Shown one piece after another: positions 42,602-52,475 of a DNA stretch of 64,000 nucleotides. This stretch comes from an uncultured bacterium (GTDB taxonomy: Bacteria > Krumholzibacteriota > Krumholzibacteriia > LZORAL124-64-63). The position numbers and the translations under genes are program-made. The stretch is from assembly GCA_963727525.1 (NCBI GenBank), contig CAVSGO010000007.1, forward strand, positions 1,600,001 through 1,664,000, given 5' to 3'. The notes beneath the pieces were generated by a model. The model was not told the DNA's origin, searched no databases, and saw nothing but the letters and a program-made list of their open reading frames with translations. Each line of letters starts with the position of its first letter. Position 1 is the stretch's first letter.

Positions 42602-42699
42602 TGGCGGGAATGTGTGGGAATCGAACCCACCTCGGACGGTAAACGCGCCCGACAAAGGGATTTGAAGTCCCCGGGGCCCACCAGGACCCATTCATTCCC
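42602..42699 (-). tRNA. selC: tRNA-Sec(TCA)
   Basis: 98 nt; 6-bp D stem with TGGT loop, anticodon loop CT-TCA-AA, long variable arm, G discriminator + CCA. Confidence 0.93.
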
Positions 42700-42780
42700 G
42701 CAATGCCTGCCTTCCCGCGAATCCTCGCGCGATTCCTCGCGCCGCGGACCGGCGCCGCCGGCGACCGGCCCGCCAAGGGT

Positions 42781-42812
42781 AAATCCCCGGCGGCGCCGGC
42801 ACCAGGGGATTT
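42781..42812. repeat. inverted repeat between glmS and selC
   Basis: AAATCCCC...GGGGATTT. Confidence 0.55.
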
Positions 42813-42822
42813 CGCCGCGGCG

Positions 42823-44643
42823 TCATTCCACCGTGACCGCCTTGGCCAGGTTGCGCGGCTGATCCACGTCCTCGCCGCGCAGCACGGCGATGTGATACGC
42901 CAGCAGTTGCAGCGGGATCACCGACAGCAAGGGTGTCAACATATTGAGAGTGGGCGGAATGGTGATCACGTGATCGCTAAGGGCGGCGATCTCGGTGTCA
43001 CCCTCCGTCACGATGCTGATGATCTTGCCGTGCCGCGCCCGCACCTCCTGCACGTTGCCGCGGATCTTCTCGTAGCTGCCGTCGCGCGTGCAGATCACGA
43101 CCACGGGCATCGCCGGATCGATGAGCGCGATCGGTCCGTGCTTCATCTCCGCCGCCGGATACCCCTCGGCGTGGATGTAGCTGATCTCCTTCAGCTTGAG
43201 CGCACCCTCGAGCGCGATGGGGAAGTTCACGCCTCGGCCGAGGTAGAGGCAGTTGTGGTGATCGGCGTAGACCTGTGCAATGGCCTTGATCTTGTCCGAC
43301 TGAGCCAGCACGGTGCGGATCTTGTCGGGGATGCACTGCAGTTCCTCGAGGATCTGCACGCCCATCTCGGCGCTGATGTGGTTGCGCCGGCCGAGCAGCA
43401 ACGTCAGCAGCGTGAGAATGGTCACCTGGCTCGTGAACGCTTTGGTCGACGCCACGCCGATCTCGGGGCCGGCGTGGCTGTACACGCCGCACTCGCTCTC
43501 GCGCGCGATGGTGGATCCCACGACATTGGTGATGCCCACGACCTTGGCGCCCCGCCGCTTCGCCTCACGCATGGCCTCGAGCGTGTCGATGGTCTCGCCG
43601 CTCTGGCTGATCGTCAGGCACACCGTGCCGGGATCGATGATGGGCGAGCGATAGCGGAACTCGCTCGCATATTCCACCTCCACCGGGATGCGCGCATATT
43701 CCTCGATGAGGTACTCGCCCACGAGGCCGGCGTGGTAGCTGGTGCCGCAAGCCAGGATGATGATGCGCTGGATGTTGCGCAGCTCCCAGTCGGTGAACTG
43801 CAGGCCACCCAGCTTCACGTCGCCCGCGGCCGGCAGGATGCGGCCGCGGAACGCGTCCTGCACCGTGTCCGGCTGCTCCATGATCTCCTTGAGCATGTAA
43901 TGGGCGTAGCCGCTCTTCTGGATCTGGCTGATGTCCCAGGTGATCTCCTCGACCTCCTTGGTGACCTCCTGGTTGTCGATGTTCATCGTGGTCACGCCCT
44001 CGGGCGTCAGCACGGCCATCTCCCAGTCGTCCAGATAGATCACCTGGCGCGTGTGGCCGAGGATCGCCGCCACGTCGCTGGCCACGTAGTTGGCGTGGTC
44101 TCCGACCCCCACCACCAGCGGACTGCCGCGGCGCGCGCCGACGATCTTCTGCGGCTCATCGGCGTGCACCACCGCGATGCCGAAGGTGCCCTCCACGAGC
44201 TTCAGCGCCCACTGCACCGCTTCCTCGAGGTTGCCGCGATACTGATCGGTGATCAGATGGGCCAGCACCTCGGTGTCGGTCTCGCTCTGGAACACGTAGC
44301 CTTTGCCGATGAGGGCGCGACGCAGGGCGCCGTGATTCTCGATGATGCCGTTGTGCACCACCGCCACCTTGCCCGACAGGTGCGGGTGCGCATTCAGGCG
44401 ATTCGGCTGCCCGTGCGTCGCCCAGCGCGTGTGCGCGATGCCGCAGGTTCCGGCCAGATCATCGAGGTCGAGGATCTTCTCGAGCTCGCGGATCTTCCCC
44501 TTCTCCTTGTAGCAGCAAATGCCATCGTCCTGGATGACGGCGATCCCGGCGCTGTCGTAGCCGCGGTACTCGAGACGCCGCAGGCCCTCGAGCAGATGAC
44601 TGGCGACGCCGGGGATACCGGTGATGCCGACGATTCCACACAT
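42823..44643 (-). CDS. glmS: glutamine--fructose-6-phosphate aminotransferase
   Basis: MCGIVG, LEYRGYDSAG, HTRWATHG, SQSGET, PRNLAKAVTVE. Confidence 0.98.
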   Translation of the reverse strand: MCGIVGITGIPGVASHLLEGLRRLEYRGYDSAGIAVIQDDGICCYKEKGKIRELEKILDLDDLAGTCGIAHTRWATHGQPNRLNAHPHLSGKVAVVHNGIIENHGALRRALIGKGYVFQSETDTEVLAHLITDQYRGNLEEAVQWALKLVEGTFGIAVVHADEPQKIVGARRGSPLVVGVGDHANYVASDVAAILGHTRQVIYLDDWEMAVLTPEGVTTMNIDNQEVTKEVEEITWDISQIQKSGYAHYMLKEIMEQPDTVQDAFRGRILPAAGDVKLGGLQFTDWELRNIQRIIILACGTSYHAGLVGEYLIEEYARIPVEVEYASEFRYRSPIIDPGTVCLTISQSGETIDTLEAMREAKRRGAKVVGITNVVGSTIARESECGVYSHAGPEIGVASTKAFTSQVTILTLLTLLLGRRNHISAEMGVQILEELQCIPDKIRTVLAQSDKIKAIAQVYADHHNCLYLGRGVNFPIALEGALKLKEISYIHAEGYPAAEMKHGPIALIDPAMPVVVICTRDGSYEKIRGNVQEVRARHGKIISIVTEGDTEIAALSDHVITIPPTLNMLTPLLSVIPLQLLAYHIAVLRGEDVDQPRNLAKAVTVE

Positions 44644-44667
44644 GGTTCGCTCCTTCGGACTCCTGGA

Positions 44668-46011
44668 TCAGGATTCGAGACCGCCCTTGCGGACCCGATC
44701 GATCAGCTCCCGGGCCTGCGCGGCCGTCGTGGCCTCGGCGATGATACGCACCACGGGTTCGGTATTCGATGCGCGCACGTGGACCCAGGCGCCGTCGCCC
44801 GTCCACTTGTAGCCGTCACGATCGTCGATGGTGCCCGGGCCAAGGCCACGCAACACCTGCGCCAGTTCCTCGCCCTGCGGCAGGGATTCTGCTGCGAACT
44901 TGTCCTTCACCATGACCACCGGCGACAGTTCGCCCACGATCTCGGCCAGCGAACGGCCACTGTCGGCGAGGAGCTGCAGGATCATGGCGATGCCGATCAG
45001 GCCGTCACGGCCCGGATGCAGAGTGGGGTAGATCACGCCACCGTTGCCCTCGCCCCCGATCACGCACCGCTGCCCCAGCAGGGTTTCCACGACATTGGCC
45101 TCGCCCACCGGAGTGCGCCAGACGCGCGCCCCGTGGCGGGCGGCCACCTCATCGATCAGCCGCGTCGTGGAGAGGTTCACGGCGACATCGCCGCGCTGGC
45201 GGCCCAGCACGAAATCGACGGCCAGCGCGAGCGTGACCTCCTCGCTCAGCGGTTCGCCGCCCGGCGCCACCAGGGCGAGACGGTCGCCGTCGGGATCCAG
45301 GGCGAAACCGACATCGGCCCCGTGTCGGCGCACCGCGGCCGCCAGCTCCGTGAGGTGGGCCGGCGTGGGTTCGGGATCGTGCGGGAAATGGCCGGTGCAC
45401 CCGCAGTGCAACGGGGTGCAGGCCACGCCCAGCCCCTCCAGCAGACGCGGGGCGATGGCCCCGGCCGCGCCCTCCACCGCGTCGACGACGGCGTGCAGCC
45501 GCCGACTCGCGATCCGCTCGGGTGCGAGCCACGGCAGGGCGCGGATCTTCGCCAGATGCAGCTCGTCGGCCCCCTCCCATGTCCGGGCGGCGCCGAGCCG
45601 GTCCCAGGCCACGTGACCATTGCCGGCATCGTATCGCTCGCGCAGCTCCGCGTTCTGGGCCTGGGTGAGGAAGAGTCCCCGTCCCTCGATAAACTTCAGG
45701 GCGTTCCACTGCTGGGGGTTGTGGCTGGCGGTGATGATCACGCCGCCCACGGCGTCGTTCTCCTGGACGACCATCTCGGTGGTGGGCGTCGTGGCGATGC
45801 CGATGTCCCACACATCGTGCCCGGTGGAGGACAGGGCCGCCACCACCGCGTCGCGCACCATGGGTCCGCTCGGACGGCTGTCGCGCCCCACGACCACCGG
45901 TCCCGGCGGCAGCCAGGCGCCGAGCGCCGCGCCCCAGCGCGACACGACGGTGGCATCGAGGCTCTCGCCCACGATGCCGCGGATACCCGAGACACTCACG
46001 CATAAACTCAA
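44668..46011 (-). CDS. glmM: phosphoglucosamine mutase
   Basis: SVSGIRG, TASHNP, DPDGDR, GGEGNGG, RASNTEP; AAAGGAG RBS before TTG 46011; upstream of glmS. Confidence 0.9.
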   Translation of the reverse strand: MSLCVSVSGIRGIVGESLDATVVSRWGAALGAWLPPGPVVVGRDSRPSGPMVRDAVVAALSSTGHDVWDIGIATTPTTEMVVQENDAVGGVIITASHNPQQWNALKFIEGRGLFLTQAQNAELRERYDAGNGHVAWDRLGAARTWEGADELHLAKIRALPWLAPERIASRRLHAVVDAVEGAAGAIAPRLLEGLGVACTPLHCGCTGHFPHDPEPTPAHLTELAAAVRRHGADVGFALDPDGDRLALVAPGGEPLSEEVTLALAVDFVLGRQRGDVAVNLSTTRLIDEVAARHGARVWRTPVGEANVVETLLGQRCVIGGEGNGGVIYPTLHPGRDGLIGIAMILQLLADSGRSLAEIVGELSPVVMVKDKFAAESLPQGEELAQVLRGLGPGTIDDRDGYKWTGDGAWVHVRASNTEPVVRIIAEATTAAQARELIDRVRKGGLES

Positions 46012-46224
46012 GCGGAAGCTCCTTTTCGAGGCACCGGGGCCGAGCAAGAGACGCACCGCCCTGAGCATAGTAGCAAGGATCGCTGACGGCACAAGGGGTT
46101 ACGGGACGTCACAGAACCGCTATCTCGTCCGTACCATCACGTGGAAGGCGTGCTGGCGATAGAGGTTCCCGCGCTGATACCTCGTCGTCCCCTTCCGGAT
46201 TCTCCCCGACGAAAGGAGTCTTCC

Positions 46225-48486
46225 GTGCTCTCTCGCAACCACGCTCGACCGCGGTTCCGCACGCGAGGCGTGCTCTCGATCTTCCTGACAGCGGGCCTCG
46301 CGGTCATCCTCATGGGCGCGGCCCCCCCGCCGTCCGCCCCTGATCTGGTCGGCGTCACCGTCGTCGTCGAGAACCTCGCCCCGCAAAACGGCACCTGGCT
46401 CACGCCCGTCTGGGTGGGGTTCCACGCCGGCACCTATGACCTCCACGACCCGGGCAGCGCCGCGAGCCAGGAGCTGGAGCGCCTGGCCGAGGACGGCAAC
46501 ACGTCGCCCCTCTCCTCCGCATTCGCCGCAGCGGCCCGCACCGGCGCCGAGGCCACGCTGGCCGCCGCCGGGGATACGCCGCAGATCCCGCCCGGCGGCG
46601 AGGCCCGCCACACGTTCCTGCTCGACCCCAACGACGAGAACAACGCTTTCGTGAGCTGGGCCGCGATGGTCATCCCCAGCAACGACGCCTTCGTCGCCAA
46701 TGACGATCCGCAGGCCCGGCGCATCTTCGATGCCAACGGGAACTTCCTGGGCGCATTCGTCACGCTCGCAGGCTCCGCGGTGCTGGACGCCGGCACCGAG
46801 GTGAATGACGAGGTGCCGGCACACACGGCCTTCTTCGGCCAGACCACCCCCAACACCGGCGTGGACGAAAACGGCGTCGTCCACTTGCACCCGGGATACC
46901 TGCCTCCGGGCAGCGGCGGCATCCTCGACGATCCCATGTTCGCCGATGCCGACTTCACGGCGCCGGGATATCAAGTGGCCCGCATCACGATCTACCGCTC
47001 CGACACCGTCGTTCCCGCCGGCAACGTGTCCGGCCACTGGACCGTGGCTGGGTCGCCCTACCTGGTGCAGGGCGACGTCACCGTGCCCGACGGCGCCACG
47101 CTCACGATCGATCCCGGCGTGACCGTATTCTCGAGCGAGGACCACGGCATCACCGTCGCCGGCGCCCTCGACGCCGTGGGCACCGCGGACGTGCCGATCC
47201 TGTTCACGGGTACGCAACAGCAGTTCCCGAACAACGACGGCTGGTCGGGCCTGCGCTTCATCGGCCAGACGCTGCCCAGCCATCTCGCCTACTGCACCAT
47301 CGAGTATGGCGACCGCCAGGCCAACTACGAATCCGGCGGCGGCATCGCCTGCATCGGCGGCCAGATCGAGTTGCGGCACTGCACGGTGCGCTCGTGTCTG
47401 GCCTACCTCGACGGCGCGGGCCTCTACGCCAGCGACGCCACACTACTGCTCGACGACTGCGAGGTCCGCTACTGCGAGATCTCCGGCGAGAACAGCGGCC
47501 GCGGCGGCGGGATCTTCGCCGAGAATTCCGATGTCACGATCACGAACAGCCACATCCACCACAATCGCGTGGCCACGTTCACATACTTCGGCGCGACGAA
47601 CTCGCGCGGCGGCGGCATTGCACTCGTGGGCTGCACCGGGAGCGTGGAAGGCTGCGTCATCAACCGTAACTACTGCAACCACAGCGGGACCGAGGCCGAG
47701 TCGACCGGCGGCGGCGTGCACGTGGAGAACGGCACGATCCTGCTGCGCGGCGACACCGTCGTGGCCAACGAGGTGCACTACAACAACGCCCACGGCGGCG
47801 GGATCTACCTGCGCGGCTATGGACACGAGGTCGTTGACACCATCGTCAGCGGCAATACCGGCGCCGGCATCTGGTTCGATCCGGGCGCGGAAACCGCCAC
47901 GATCGACTACAACGACGCCTTCGGCAACAGCGGCGGATCCTACGCAGGACCGTACGTGCCGTCGGGCCTGGGCATCGCCAGCCAGATCAATCACAACGGC
48001 GACCCTTGCGACTTCGCGTACAACATCGACCTGTCGCCGCAGTTCGTGGCGCCGACCAACCTGAACTATCACCTGCAGGCCACATCGCCGTGCATCGACG
48101 CGGGCGATCCCGCCTCGCCGCCGGATCCGGACGGCACGATCGCCGACATCGGCGCGCTCCCCTACGACCAGGGCGCCACGGCGGTGCCCGGCCCGAGCGA
48201 GGACGGCAGCCGCGCCTTCCTGCTGGCGAGCCGACCCGCCCCGATGGACGCGGCCACGACCATCGCCTACCGCTTGCCCAACGCGGGCCCGGTGAAGCTG
48301 CGTGTGGTGGACATCCGCGGCCGGGTGGTGCGCACCCTCGTCGACGAGGTGCAGCCGGCGGGTCCACAGTCCGTACGTTTCGACGGCAGGGACGACGGCG
48401 GCCAGCGACTGGCGTCGGGGCTGTACTTCGAGGTGCTGCGGGCGGCAGGACGGCAGGACAGCCGGAAGATCACGGTACTGCACTGA
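46225..48486 (+). CDS. secreted spondin-domain + beta-helix protein with C-terminal FlgD-Ig (T9SS-CTD-like) domain
   Basis: AAAGGAG RBS and GTG 46225, signal peptide, spondin motifs TPVWVGFH, LAEDGN, PSNDAF, DAGTEVNDE; SPYLV/LTIDPGV beta-helix; SPCIDAGDP; VDIRGRVVRTL...FDGRDDGG...SGLYF. Confidence 0.85.
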   Translation: MLSRNHARPRFRTRGVLSIFLTAGLAVILMGAAPPPSAPDLVGVTVVVENLAPQNGTWLTPVWVGFHAGTYDLHDPGSAASQELERLAEDGNTSPLSSAFAAAARTGAEATLAAAGDTPQIPPGGEARHTFLLDPNDENNAFVSWAAMVIPSNDAFVANDDPQARRIFDANGNFLGAFVTLAGSAVLDAGTEVNDEVPAHTAFFGQTTPNTGVDENGVVHLHPGYLPPGSGGILDDPMFADADFTAPGYQVARITIYRSDTVVPAGNVSGHWTVAGSPYLVQGDVTVPDGATLTIDPGVTVFSSEDHGITVAGALDAVGTADVPILFTGTQQQFPNNDGWSGLRFIGQTLPSHLAYCTIEYGDRQANYESGGGIACIGGQIELRHCTVRSCLAYLDGAGLYASDATLLLDDCEVRYCEISGENSGRGGGIFAENSDVTITNSHIHHNRVATFTYFGATNSRGGGIALVGCTGSVEGCVINRNYCNHSGTEAESTGGGVHVENGTILLRGDTVVANEVHYNNAHGGGIYLRGYGHEVVDTIVSGNTGAGIWFDPGAETATIDYNDAFGNSGGSYAGPYVPSGLGIASQINHNGDPCDFAYNIDLSPQFVAPTNLNYHLQATSPCIDAGDPASPPDPDGTIADIGALPYDQGATAVPGPSEDGSRAFLLASRPAPMDAATTIAYRLPNAGPVKLRVVDIRGRVVRTLVDEVQPAGPQSVRFDGRDDGGQRLASGLYFEVLRAAGRQDSRKITVLH

Positions 48487-48576
48487 GCCAGGGTGCGGCG
48501 ATGAACATCGTTCCGGAAGCGGAACATCGGGCAGTAGCCGGGCGTCGATGGAGAAAAGGGGGTTCCGCCGTCTTGC

Positions 48577-48652
48577 TGGAGCTGGTGCGCGGACTCGAAC
48601 CGCGGACCTGCTCATTACGAGTGAGCTGCTCTACCAGCTGAGCTACACCAGC
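48577..48652 (-). tRNA. tRNA-Thr(CGT)
   Basis: Cloverleaf with CT-CGT-AA loop and encoded CCA. Confidence 0.96.
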
Positions 48653-48668
48653 TCCATGCAATCACGGA

Positions 48669-48744
48669 TGGTGCCTAGGGGCGGAGTCGAACCACCGACA
48701 CCTGCATTTTCAGTGCAGTGCTCTACCAGCTGAGCTACCTAGGC
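48669..48744 (-). tRNA. tRNA-Phe(GAA)
   Basis: Cloverleaf with CT-GAA-AA loop and encoded CCA. Confidence 0.96.
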
Positions 48745-48777
48745 ACCCGATCGGCCGGTCGCCGGCCGGGGAGGGCA

Positions 48778-48806
48778 ATTAAACACACCGTTTGCGGCCT
48801 TGTCAA
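48778..48806 (-). promoter_or_regulatory. sigma70 promoter for tRNA-Phe/Thr
   Basis: TTGACA-17 nt-TTTAAT. Confidence 0.65.
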
Positions 48807-48822
48807 GGCGGCCCCGAACGCG

Positions 48823-49230
48823 TCAGAGAGCCGTGGGCAATGCCGACAGCTCCTCGATCTTGGCGATCAGAGTATCCATGTCGAAGGGCTTGTACATGCA
48901 GGCGTCGGCCCGGGACCAGGTGGCGATGAACTTCTCGCGATCGGCCGAATCCACCTTGCGCGCCGTCAGCAGCATGATCGCGAACTCGCGCGTGTCGGGG
49001 TCGTGGTCCATCCACTCCTTGAGCAGCCGGCTGACCTCGTACCCGTTGCACCCTGGCAGCATGACGTCCAGCAACATCACGTCGGGACGATGCTGCTTGG
49101 CCTTGTCGAGCGCCTCGAGCCCATCGACGGCGGTGATCACCTCGAATCCGCGCAGCGCCAGGCTGTAGTCGAGGGTCTCCAGGATGTCCTGCTCGTCGTC
49201 CACGACCAGGATCTTCAGCGCGTGAGGCAT
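48823..49230 (-). CDS. single-domain response regulator
   Basis: ILVVDDE, LLDVMLP, LLTA, YKPF. Confidence 0.93.
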   Translation of the reverse strand: MPHALKILVVDDEQDILETLDYSLALRGFEVITAVDGLEALDKAKQHRPDVMLLDVMLPGCNGYEVSRLLKEWMDHDPDTREFAIMLLTARKVDSADREKFIATWSRADACMYKPFDMDTLIAKIEELSALPTAL

Positions 49231-51347
49231 CGCTCGTCCTCCGGTTTGCGGTTCGTCCCGCACCATGCTGGGCTGGTCTCGACGACCTCCAGCAGGGAAT
49301 GATCGTCATCCATCGCCTCGGCGTTCCGAGGATCCGCGGGTATGACGTCCCATTGCGTACCCGCGAGGATCGCGGCACACTCGGGAGCGCAGGTGGCAAC
49401 CTGCCAGGCGGCATGCAGCCGCGAGAAGTCCAGCACCAATCCGACGCCAAGTCCGGGTGCCACGACGTGGAACGTGTTTTCGCCCAGGGGGAGCGCATCG
49501 CCGAGAGACACGGCGTCGCCGATGCGCCGCTCCTCCGCGTCGCGCGCCAACCCCAGGAGGAAGCTGCGCGCCTGGGTCAGCGCCACGTCGGCTTCCCATG
49601 TCGGACGCGTCGACGCCAGGCGCCGCAGGTCCAGCGTCACCAGGCGGGGCTCGTACCCCATGTGCGTGGCCATCGCGAGCAAGGCCTCGAGCTCGCGTCC
49701 CGCGACGAGCACGGGGCTGCTCGCCGGCGCGCTCGGCAGCTCGATCCGGACCGTCGTGCCCTCCCCGGGCCGGCTTGCCAGCCGCACGATACCGTCGTGC
49801 GCCTCCACCAGACCCTTCGTGATGTGCAGTCCGAGGCCGGCGCCCGGCAGGCGCCTCGTCTCGACCTCTGCGTCCCGGCTGAAGGGCGTGAAGAGTTGCG
49901 CGAGGAACTGTGGGTTCATGCCCATGCCGCTGTCGGTCACTGTCAGCCTGCAAACCCGCACGGCGAGGCCCAGGTGACGCGTCAGGGTGCCCGCGACACC
50001 GGGCACCGCGTCGCCCAGGTCGCTCAGCACCACCTCCACGCGGCCGCCGCGCGGCGTGTACTTGAGCGCATTGCTGATGACGTTGTGGAACATCTGCAGG
50101 ACCTTGTCGGCATCGACCTCGACGGTGAACGTCGCCGGGACGCCGGCGTCGTCCAGCACGATGTCCTTCTCCCGACATGTGAGCTGCACCATGGTGAGGT
50201 TTTCGCGCAGCAACGCACCGAGATCCACCGGCGCCCGCGTGAAGCGAAGCTGGCCGGCTCGGGCGCGCCGCGCATCGAGCAGGTCGTCGACGAGGCGGGT
50301 CAGGCGGTCGAGGTTGCGCCGGCACATCGTCAGGAAGCGCTCCTGCTCCGGTGCCACCGGTCCGGTATCTCCACTCAGGACGATGTCGAGGGTCGACTTG
50401 ATCGTCGTCAACGGCGTGCGAAGCTCATGGCCGATGGCGTGGGCCTCGGCGTCGACACGAGCCTCGTCACGCGCGCGTACGGTGGCATCGTTCAGCGCCA
50501 CGAGCTGGCCCCGGCCATTGGCGAGCGGCGGGCCGAGCTGCAGCTCCAGGCTCCGCCCACGAACCTGCGACGCCGGCACCACCTGGCGAGTCTGCCCGCT
50601 CGCGGAAAGCTTGCGCACCGCCCCTACGAGCCAGGGCTGCCAGTTCACTCCGTCCCGGCCGACACTCCCCTGCAGCAACGCCAGGGCAAGGTCGTTCACG
50701 GCGACGACCTCGTCCTGCGCCACGAGGGCCAGCGCCGCGGGCGCGGCCCGCCAGGCGTCCGATCCCGGCCAAAAAGCGTCGTCGGCCCGCGTGCCGCCAC
50801 CATGTGCCCCCGGCAACGTATGGTGCAGCGTCCGCCACACGAGTTCCATCTCGCGGATCAGGGGATGGCGCCGCTGCATGCTCTCGTCCCGTCCCGCCGC
50901 CACGAACACCAGCGGCGTGGCGCCGTCGCCGAGGTCGGCGTGGAACGGGAGCATGAAGCTCCAATTCAACTCGAAGCGGCGCAAGAACATGGCGCTGGGA
51001 CGGAAGGGATCGTCTGCACGCTGGACCCAGAAGGGTACGTCGCCGAGTTCGTACATCGGACCGTGGGTCGCGCCGAGCACCTCGGCCAGGCGCGCCTTCG
51101 GGCACACCCGCGAGCTGCCGACAACCACGCGCACCGGGACGGCCCCGAGCGGCGGGGAACACACCACAGCCAGGTCGCAGCCCACGCGCATGAGCAGCCG
51201 GCACGCCGCTTCCAGGACGGTTGCAGACGCCTCGTCCGCGGCGAGCCGGGCCGCGAGGCGCAGTCCCCAGGCGGGGTGGGCACGACCGGGACGTCCCGCA
51301 CGCCCGAGGAGCCTGGGACCGAAGAGTTTGTTCCACCCGACCGGCAT
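49215..51347 (-). CDS. cytoplasmic sensor histidine kinase
   Basis: HELRTPL, NVISNALKYT, DSGMGM, GAGLGL; no obvious TM; extra N- and C-terminal regions; start uncertain. Confidence 0.88.
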   Translation of the reverse strand: MPVGWNKLFGPRLLGRAGRPGRAHPAWGLRLAARLAADEASATVLEAACRLLMRVGCDLAVVCSPPLGAVPVRVVVGSSRVCPKARLAEVLGATHGPMYELGDVPFWVQRADDPFRPSAMFLRRFELNWSFMLPFHADLGDGATPLVFVAAGRDESMQRRHPLIREMELVWRTLHHTLPGAHGGGTRADDAFWPGSDAWRAAPAALALVAQDEVVAVNDLALALLQGSVGRDGVNWQPWLVGAVRKLSASGQTRQVVPASQVRGRSLELQLGPPLANGRGQLVALNDATVRARDEARVDAEAHAIGHELRTPLTTIKSTLDIVLSGDTGPVAPEQERFLTMCRRNLDRLTRLVDDLLDARRARAGQLRFTRAPVDLGALLRENLTMVQLTCREKDIVLDDAGVPATFTVEVDADKVLQMFHNVISNALKYTPRGGRVEVVLSDLGDAVPGVAGTLTRHLGLAVRVCRLTVTDSGMGMNPQFLAQLFTPFSRDAEVETRRLPGAGLGLHITKGLVEAHDGIVRLASRPGEGTTVRIELPSAPASSPVLVAGRELEALLAMATHMGYEPRLVTLDLRRLASTRPTWEADVALTQARSFLLGLARDAEERRIGDAVSLGDALPLGENTFHVVAPGLGVGLVLDFSRLHAAWQVATCAPECAAILAGTQWDVIPADPRNAEAMDDDHSLLEVVETSPAWCGTNRKPEDERCLTR

Positions 51348-51468
51348 CTTTTTCTCCCCACCGCCGCGCCGAGTCCGGTAACCAGCGGTTTGGCAGCAGC
51401 TTGGCACCCGTGGTGTGCGAGATCGCACGCGCCACGGGTGAAAACTGCAATCGACATGCCAGGCGGGG

Positions 51469-52458
51469 TCAGGTCTTGGGTCGGTCGTCGTAGCCGCGAG
51501 GATGGGCCTGGTGCCAGGCCCAGGCGTCCGTGATGAGCGTGGTCACGCCGCTGCGTGCCGGTTGCCAGCCCAGGACCGCGCGGGCGCGCGCGTTCGAGGC
51601 GACGAGTCGCGGCGGGTCGCCCGGACGGCGCGGATGCACGGAGGGCGTGAGCGTGAGTCCCGTGACGCCGGCCGCCGCGTCCACGATCTCGCGAACCGAA
51701 TGGCCCGTGCCCGTACCCAGATTCAGGGCCGTGAAACCAGGGGTGGAGGCCCATTCCACGGCCAGCGCATGGGCTTGCGCCAGATCGAGCACGTGGATGT
51801 AGTCGCGCACGCAGGTGCCGTCCGCGGTGGGGTAGTCGTCGCCGAATACGGCGAAGCTCGTCCCATCGCCCAGGAGCGAACGCAGCAGGCGCGGAATGAG
51901 GTGCGTCTCCGGATCATGGTCTTCTCCCAGCTCCGACGCCGCGCCGGCGGCGTTGAAGTAGCGCAGGGCGACGGCCGAGAGGTCGGTGCTGCGCACGAGA
52001 TCCGACAGCGCATACTCCATGGTGAGCTTGGTGTGGCCATAGGGATTCACCGGAGCCAGCGCCGACGATTCCGTGATCGGGAAGGCATCAGGCTCGCCGT
52101 ACACGGCCGCCGACGACGAGAACACGAAGCGCCGCGTACCGCCTCGCGCGACCTGTTCCAGCAGCGCGAGCGTGCCGCCGACGTTGTTGCGGTAGTAACG
52201 CAGCGGATCGCGCACCGACTCGCCCACGAGGCTGAATGCGGCCAGGTGCACGATGGCGTCGAACGGCCGGACGAACACGCGCGCGAGGCCGTCGGCATCG
52301 TGCAGACTGACCTCGTGGAGCAAGGCGTCGGCGGGAATCGCGTTCCGGTGCCCCGTGGACAGGTCGTCCAGGATCTCCACGGTGTGGCCTCGGGCCAGCA
52401 GATGCGCCGCCGTCACGCTGCCGATGTAGCCGGCACCACCGGTCACGAGAATGCGCAT
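51469..52458 (-). CDS. galE: UDP-glucose 4-epimerase
   Basis: TGGAGYIGS, YYRNN, YGHTK, RYFNAAG, RDYIHV. Confidence 0.95.
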   Translation of the reverse strand: MRILVTGGAGYIGSVTAAHLLARGHTVEILDDLSTGHRNAIPADALLHEVSLHDADGLARVFVRPFDAIVHLAAFSLVGESVRDPLRYYRNNVGGTLALLEQVARGGTRRFVFSSSAAVYGEPDAFPITESSALAPVNPYGHTKLTMEYALSDLVRSTDLSAVALRYFNAAGAASELGEDHDPETHLIPRLLRSLLGDGTSFAVFGDDYPTADGTCVRDYIHVLDLAQAHALAVEWASTPGFTALNLGTGTGHSVREIVDAAAGVTGLTLTPSVHPRRPGDPPRLVASNARARAVLGWQPARSGVTTLITDAWAWHQAHPRGYDDRPKT

Positions 52459-52475
52459 GATCGTCCTTTCCGTCC

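Noticed and set aside
44644-44667. glmS ribozyme
   Set aside because: Only 24 bp separate glmM and glmS.
42703-46005. 1100-aa + strand ORF and many similar long ORFs (e.g. 1157-3415, 9285-11276, 38985-40964, 49299-51533)
   Set aside because: Antisense shadows of well-identified genes; stop codons are rare in this high-GC sequence.
46100-48652. Integrative element at the tRNA-Thr 3' end carrying the spondin gene
   Set aside because: No integrase and no duplicated tRNA 3' end seen.
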